Source of the DNA: Candidatus Marinacidobacterales bacterium
Lineage (GTDB): Bacteria > Acidobacteriota > Vicinamibacteria > Marinacidobacterales > DATDRI01
Length of the DNA stretch: 64,000 nucleotides
NCBI GenBank assembly: GCA_965197825.1
Contig: CBDANW010000002.1
Location: forward strand, 873,738 to 937,737
Direction: 5' to 3'
Part shown: one piece after another, positions 59,081-64,000 of the stretch
How the letters are laid out: each line of letters begins with the position of its first letter
How positions within the stretch are numbered: position 1 is the first letter of the stretch
Program-made: the position numbers and the translations under genes
The notes under the pieces: generated by a model
What the model saw: only the letters and a program-made list of their open reading frames with translations
Database searches by the model: none
What the model was told of the DNA's origin: nothing

Positions 59081-60499
59081 TCAGTGCCCGAGGTGCTTCC
59101 CCAAGATATGAGCCACGCAACCGGTGAGCTTCTTAGCATAGGCGACGTGTAGAAACTCGTTCGGCCCGTGGGCGTTGCTCTTGGGCCCGAGCACACCGGT
59201 GATCACGAACTGCGCCTTCGGAAACTTCTCTCCCAGCATGCTCATGAAAGGGATCGATCCGCCTTCACCCATGTGTAACGCCGGTTTTCCGTAGTAGGTT
59301 TGCGAGGCCTCGTCGATCACCTCACCGAGCCATGGGGCGAACTCCGGTGCGCTCCAGCCCTGCGCGGGCTCGTGAAAATCGACCGACACGTTGGCTCCAT
59401 ATGGTGGATCCTTCTCCAGAAGTTCCTTTACCACGGCTTGCGCCTTGCCGGTGGCGAGGGTGGGAGGAAGCCGCAGCGAGAGATTCAACGTCGTGTAGGG
59501 GCGCAAGACGTTGCCGGCATTCTGGATGTCGGGCATTCCTTGCTGGCCGGTAATCTCGAGCTCCGGACGCCAGGTGCGGTTCAAAATGAGCTCGGTCGGA
59601 TCCTTCGCCACCGGCTGCATGCCTCGAACCCACGGAAACTTGCTGTACACCTCGTCCTTCAAGACTTCGCTGACCAGACGCGCTTGCTCGAGGCGTTGCT
59701 CGGGTATCTCGACGCGAAGCGCCTCGGGCTGGATCTCTCCGCTCGCCGCATCCTCGAGACGATCCAACAAGGGACGTAGGAGACGAAACGAAGAAGGCAC
59801 GATGCCGCTGGCATCACCGGAATGAACCCCCTCTTCGAGCACTTGGACTTTGAGTGTGCCGCCAACGAGACCGCGCAGCGACGTCGTCGACCAGAACTGA
59901 TCGTAGTTCCCGGCGCCGGAGTCCAAGCAGATTACGAGCTCGGGCTGGCCGATGAGCTTCTCGAAATGCTCGACGTACGGCGGCAGATCCGGCGAGCCGC
60001 TTTCTTCGGAGAACTCGATGACGACGACCACTCGGGCGTGATCGATGTTCTGTTCGCGCAGCGCCTGCAGCGCGCAGATCGAAGCGTAGACCGCATAGCC
60101 GTCGTCCGCGCCTCCCCGACCATAAAGCTTGTCGCCATCGAGCACCGGGCTCCACGGGCCCAGCCCATCTCGCCATCCCGTCATTTCCGGCTGCTTGTCC
60201 AGGTGGCCGTACATAAGTACCGTTTGGTCGCTATTGGCAGGCCTACTAGGAACGTCCAGCAACAAAAGCGGCGTCCGGCCGGGCAGCCGGCCGACGTGCA
60301 GCTTGGAGCCTTCGGGCTTGTGCTTTTCGACCCAGCTCTTCGCCAGCTCCAGAGCCTTTTCCATGTGGCCGTTCTTCTCCCATTCCGGCTGGAAGTGGGG
60401 CGAAACGTTGGGAACACGGATGTACTCCTGGATCGACGGAAGGATCTCGTCATCCCAGAATCCGTCAACGAAGCTCTCTACCTTCTCGTGGCTTGCCAT
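59081..60499 (-). CDS. M20 family metallopeptidase (dipeptidase/DapE-like)
   Basis: YGHLDKQP, YGRGGADDG, SEESGS, GGSIP, AHGPNE. Start ATG 60499. Confidence 0.93.
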   Translation of the reverse strand: MASHEKVESFVDGFWDDEILPSIQEYIRVPNVSPHFQPEWEKNGHMEKALELAKSWVEKHKPEGSKLHVGRLPGRTPLLLLDVPSRPANSDQTVLMYGHLDKQPEMTGWRDGLGPWSPVLDGDKLYGRGGADDGYAVYASICALQALREQNIDHARVVVVIEFSEESGSPDLPPYVEHFEKLIGQPELVICLDSGAGNYDQFWSTTSLRGLVGGTLKVQVLEEGVHSGDASGIVPSSFRLLRPLLDRLEDAASGEIQPEALRVEIPEQRLEQARLVSEVLKDEVYSKFPWVRGMQPVAKDPTELILNRTWRPELEITGQQGMPDIQNAGNVLRPYTTLNLSLRLPPTLATGKAQAVVKELLEKDPPYGANVSVDFHEPAQGWSAPEFAPWLGEVIDEASQTYYGKPALHMGEGGSIPFMSMLGEKFPKAQFVITGVLGPKSNAHGPNEFLHVAYAKKLTGCVAHILGKHLGH

Positions 60500-60696
60500 G
60501 TATGTTCTCCTGACTCGGCGGGTCGTGATTCCTGACCCCGTGATTCTATCGTCCACCGAGAACGCGCGGCTCGACTTACCCTATCTTATCCCGATCGACG
60601 CCAGGCCGGTCCAGCGGCAACACTGCTATAATCACGAGCCGCGGCCCCAACATTGATCGACGCGAGAGTTGATCGAGACAAAACCTTCGAGGCCGA

Positions 60697-62736
60697 GTGG
60701 ATAATCAAGCGTTTGTGCAAGAAACCCGTTCTCCACAGTCCGTCCTGGCCATCGTCGCAAGCCCTCACCTTGCACCGGCCGAGGTAGACCTTCTCCGGAC
60801 GCTGGCGGGTCGCGGTGCCCGCATCATCGCTTGGCAGCATCCCTCCATCGTACAGGAACGGTTCCCCAGCCTCGACGTGGCGTCCGCTCTAAGGGCGATG
60901 GATTTGGAGAGCGTTCCGTTGGCCAAAGCTCTCGGCGAACAAGCCAGCGTCGCCGTTGACGAAGCGGTCATCGCCTGGATGAAGACCTTTGGGCGGACCC
61001 CGCTGGCTGAGAACGGAAGCTTCCGTTCTCTTTTCCGATACCGAAGGCTTTCGCTGTGGTGGTGGGCGGAACTCTTTCTCTACCACGACACGCCTCTACG
61101 GCTCTTCGTTAGAGACATCGAAGCCATGGCACGGATCCTAGAAAAGGAGCAGCCCGATCGTCTGATCCTCGTGGGATCGATACGCGAACTGGATCGGGTT
61201 GCCGTTCAGTTGGCCGGCAGAGTGGAGCGCCATGGAAGCGCGCAGCGCTTTCCGCCGCGCTCGAGCCGAGCCTCGTTTCGCTTCCTGGGAGCCCTCATCA
61301 AAACGCTGGGAACCGGGCTCAAATCGATATTGCGCCCGATCCCCCAGCGCGGCAAATCCGCCCGCCAGAGACTCTTGTTTCTCACACACACCTCGATGTG
61401 GAGAAGAAGCCCCGGCGACGGAGAAGGGGACGCGGAGCTCGTCGAGATGTACCTCGGCCCGATCTTGAAGGCGCTGGATGCCGAGGGGCAGGAGACACGG
61501 ATCGTCGCCGTGGGTCCCACCGTGCCGTTCAGCCGGCGGAGTCTTCCGGCGGTCTTCCGCGATGTGCTCGAGCTCGACGAGCGTCACCGACCGTTCGTCG
61601 CCATCCGGCGTTATCTCTCACTTCCCTTGAGCCTGGCCGTCGTGAAGGCGTCTTTGGATTGCTGGAGGATGTGGCGCCGCTTCCGACGCCTTCCGCTCCT
61701 CGGAGAGGCACTGAGACACCGTGGAGTTTCGCTTCCCAAGCAGGCACTCCTATCGTTTCGCGATACGTTCCTGCTACAGCTTCCTTGGGCCATTCGGTCG
61801 TACCGCGAGATCGAAGCCACTCTGGTTCGGGAGAAACCGAGCCTGCTCGTACTGTATGCGGAGTCTAGCGGGCTTGGGCGGGCAGCCGTGGCAGCGGCAT
61901 GCGAACGAGCGATTCCGTCGTTCGCGGTTCAACATGGAATCCTCTACCCGCGCTTTTATGCCAACGAGCACTCCGAAGACGAAACGGGACCAGAACTCGA
62001 TGGCGTCGACTCGGTTCCCATCCCCACGAAAACCGCCGTCTTCGGCAGTCTGGCCCGCGATTTCCTCATCGAGCGGGGCCACTACCCTCCGGAGCGAATT
62101 GTCATGACCGGAAGCCCCAAGTTCGATGCTCTCGTCGAGGCCGGTCATCGCTTCAGTCGGGAGAAAACGCGAACGCGGCTCGGCTTGGCAGCCGACGTAC
62201 CAATGCTAGTGGTCGCTTCGCGTTTCACCGCGATCGGGCCGGTGTTCGCGGAGCTCGTCCGCGCGGTGGCGGCGATCGACAACCTCTGGCTTCTCGTCAA
62301 GCCGCATCAAGCCGAGCGCCCCGACGTCTACGAGCGAGTCGGGGCGAGTGAAGGCGCGGCTCGCATGCGAATCGTGCCTCCCGAAGAGAATCGGCTCAAG
62401 CTCCTTTTTGCCTCGGCTGGCCTGATAACGGTTGACTCTTTCGCCTCTTCCGAAGCACTCGTGCTCGACCGGCCGGTCATGGTGATCAATTTGCCCAGCA
62501 ATCTAAGCGCGCTCGTGGAGCGCGGCGTCGCTCTTGGGGTCCCGTCCGGAGAGCCGATCGAGCCTCCCCTTCGACGGTTCCTATTCGATCGCGACTTCGG
62601 TCTAGAGCTCGAGCCGCAGCGAAAGAAATACTTGGAAGAGTTTGCTTACGGAGCCGATGGGTCCTCGACGGCCCGCATCGTCTCCGCTATTCGCAAAGCG
62701 GCCGGCTTGGGAGAGGCGCCTCGAGCTATGGAATGA
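60697..62736 (+). CDS. Surface-polysaccharide biosynthesis protein with C-terminal GT-B-like domain
   Basis: FAVQHG, VMTGSPKFD, VKPH, SSEAL...PV, ADGSSTARI. Confidence 0.7.
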   Translation: MDNQAFVQETRSPQSVLAIVASPHLAPAEVDLLRTLAGRGARIIAWQHPSIVQERFPSLDVASALRAMDLESVPLAKALGEQASVAVDEAVIAWMKTFGRTPLAENGSFRSLFRYRRLSLWWWAELFLYHDTPLRLFVRDIEAMARILEKEQPDRLILVGSIRELDRVAVQLAGRVERHGSAQRFPPRSSRASFRFLGALIKTLGTGLKSILRPIPQRGKSARQRLLFLTHTSMWRRSPGDGEGDAELVEMYLGPILKALDAEGQETRIVAVGPTVPFSRRSLPAVFRDVLELDERHRPFVAIRRYLSLPLSLAVVKASLDCWRMWRRFRRLPLLGEALRHRGVSLPKQALLSFRDTFLLQLPWAIRSYREIEATLVREKPSLLVLYAESSGLGRAAVAAACERAIPSFAVQHGILYPRFYANEHSEDETGPELDGVDSVPIPTKTAVFGSLARDFLIERGHYPPERIVMTGSPKFDALVEAGHRFSREKTRTRLGLAADVPMLVVASRFTAIGPVFAELVRAVAAIDNLWLLVKPHQAERPDVYERVGASEGAARMRIVPPEENRLKLLFASAGLITVDSFASSEALVLDRPVMVINLPSNLSALVERGVALGVPSGEPIEPPLRRFLFDRDFGLELEPQRKKYLEEFAYGADGSSTARIVSAIRKAAGLGEAPRAME

Positions 62737-62841
62737 GAATCACGAATCCGGTGAACGGTTTCGGCCGTCTGGAAACAGGAGAGCACGTCATCCTATGCGA
62801 TGCCTGGCTCGCGGATGGAATCTTCGACGGAAGTTGGAGCC

Positions 62842-64000
62842 CTACCCCCCTCTGCGCGAATCCGAAGCCGACCTAGAGTTCCTCTTCCCAGCCCCCGCGC
62901 AACAACCATCGTTCTTCGGCTTCAATGCAAGGGAATGACGATGGTGAGCTCGGCTGCTCGGCTGCCATCGACTTCCGGTCCACGACGATATGGACACTAG
63001 CGTGCCTGAGCCCGGCTCCTCGACTCGCGCAAGGTCTCTCTGGCTCTGCGAAGTCCGCGGACGGGCCGATCGGTTTCGGGCGGGTGCGGCTTCGAGCCAG
63101 GAGATGACGACGGATGGGCGGAGCTCATCTCCCCAGGAGCCATGGAAGCGAATCGCGCGAGGTCGGGGGCGCGAGAAACGACCTGAGAGAATCGAACCGA
63201 GCTCGGTGGTGTTGCGAGGCAGGGGGCTCATCCACAAACCGCTTCCCGCCTGGCGGGCTACGAAACGATAGGTCTCTTCTTCTCCTGGCCGGAACCGGAC
63301 CGAGATGTACATCGGGTCCTCTCTCAGAAGCAGGGTGCCGAGCTGGATCCACCAGGGTCTTTCGAAGCTCACGCTGGCGAAGAGCACGCCGTCGCTTCTC
63401 GGTACGTCGGTCCAGTCTCCCCACTGGATCTGCTCCACGCGGAAGAGCCGGGGCGAAGAAAGTCTGGGTTTGCCCCGCTTCTTCAAGAGCAGCACCCCTT
63501 CGTCCGAGGCGAGCGAATACGAGCTCACGAGGGCGCGGTAAGTCTCGGGCTCGTCCCAGAAAAGGTGTCGGCCGTCTGTCTACGCTGAAGACACTGGGTT
63601 GCACGTGCCAGAGAACGTAGGTGGGTGCCTCGGCGGAGGCGAGAAACCGACTGTTGCGACGGTCGAGCCGAGGAGAATACGTCGCGAAGGAAGCTGGGGA
63701 GGGTCGATTCGCCCAAGAGAGATCGTTGGCGGCGACGTAGACGCTCTCCCAAGGGTAGACGTCGACCGGCTCGTCACCGATGCGGGCGCGCACGCTATCC
63801 GGAAGTCGCAACCGTTCGAATGCCCGGGTCGGTTCCAGAGCTCCTCGTCGGTTCCCGGTGAGCGTCGAGCGTAACTGTTCCCATCCTGACCGACCCGGAA
63901 GGAGAAAAGGCTCCGCTAGCCTCTGTCCCAGGCTGGCGATTGCACTCTCGTTCTCCGTCGCCCGGTAGTTGAACCAGGGGGCAAAGAGCAACAAGGAGAG
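62842..64000 (-). CDS. C-terminal part of a membrane-associated hypothetical protein (probably glycan related); frameshifted; runs off the window
   Basis: LPDSVRARIG..PVDVYPWE...ANDL.W..RP.P.SF..YS..LD..N, continued by ORF 62842..63528. Confidence 0.6.

Noticed and set aside
1..64000. tRNA or rRNA genes, prophage, cas genes, and the many antisense or alternate-frame ORFs in the track
   Set aside because: No recognisable RNA-gene or phage signatures by eye. The shadow ORFs are Arg/Pro/Ser-rich by-products of high GC and overlap well-supported genes.

Overview
GC-rich bacterial chromosomal window. The gene content (Ser/Thr kinase with PD40 repeats, DUF3604, GGGGTGGGGCCCC-type intergenic repeat) suggests Acidobacteriota, possibly Vicinamibacteria; this is inference. 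Many genes carry single-base frameshifts, and there are several abrupt IS-associated junctions. The main finding is an uninterrupted, same-strand cluster of about 11.6 kb (22324-33947) with three parts. (i) A cbb3-like heme-copper enzyme (CcoN/CcoO/CcoS/CcoP-N-like) that keeps all six His ligands but lacks the catalytic helix-VII Tyr and has Asn at the H+4 active-site position. (ii) A sulfur/thiol module: AhpD/CMD-like and OsmC-like proteins that each lack one redox-motif Cys, a rhodanese, and a MetE-family Zn thiol-alkyltransferase. (iii) An apparently complete bacterial coenzyme M biosynthesis set (XcbA-like?, ComA/XcbB, XcbC, XcbD, XcbE) with an embedded lipoprotein cytochrome c. No alkene monooxygenase or 2-KPCC is present in the window. 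Other highlights: a hidden selenoprotein (GCLT-U-PPF with a SECIS-like hairpin) fused to DsbD-N-like and EF-hand domains; a nested IS1595::IS256 scrambled by a 1.35 kb inversion and joined to an N6-methyltransferase fragment cut at its NPPY motif; a 32-bp TIR-only insertion footprint; an attenuator-like leader before leuB; a RluA homologue without the catalytic Asp; a GT2/nucleosidase/spore-photoproduct-lyase-like operon; an IS66 with non-matching flanks; and a three-copy palindromic repeat. All calls come from motif recognition by eye; no database searches were run.
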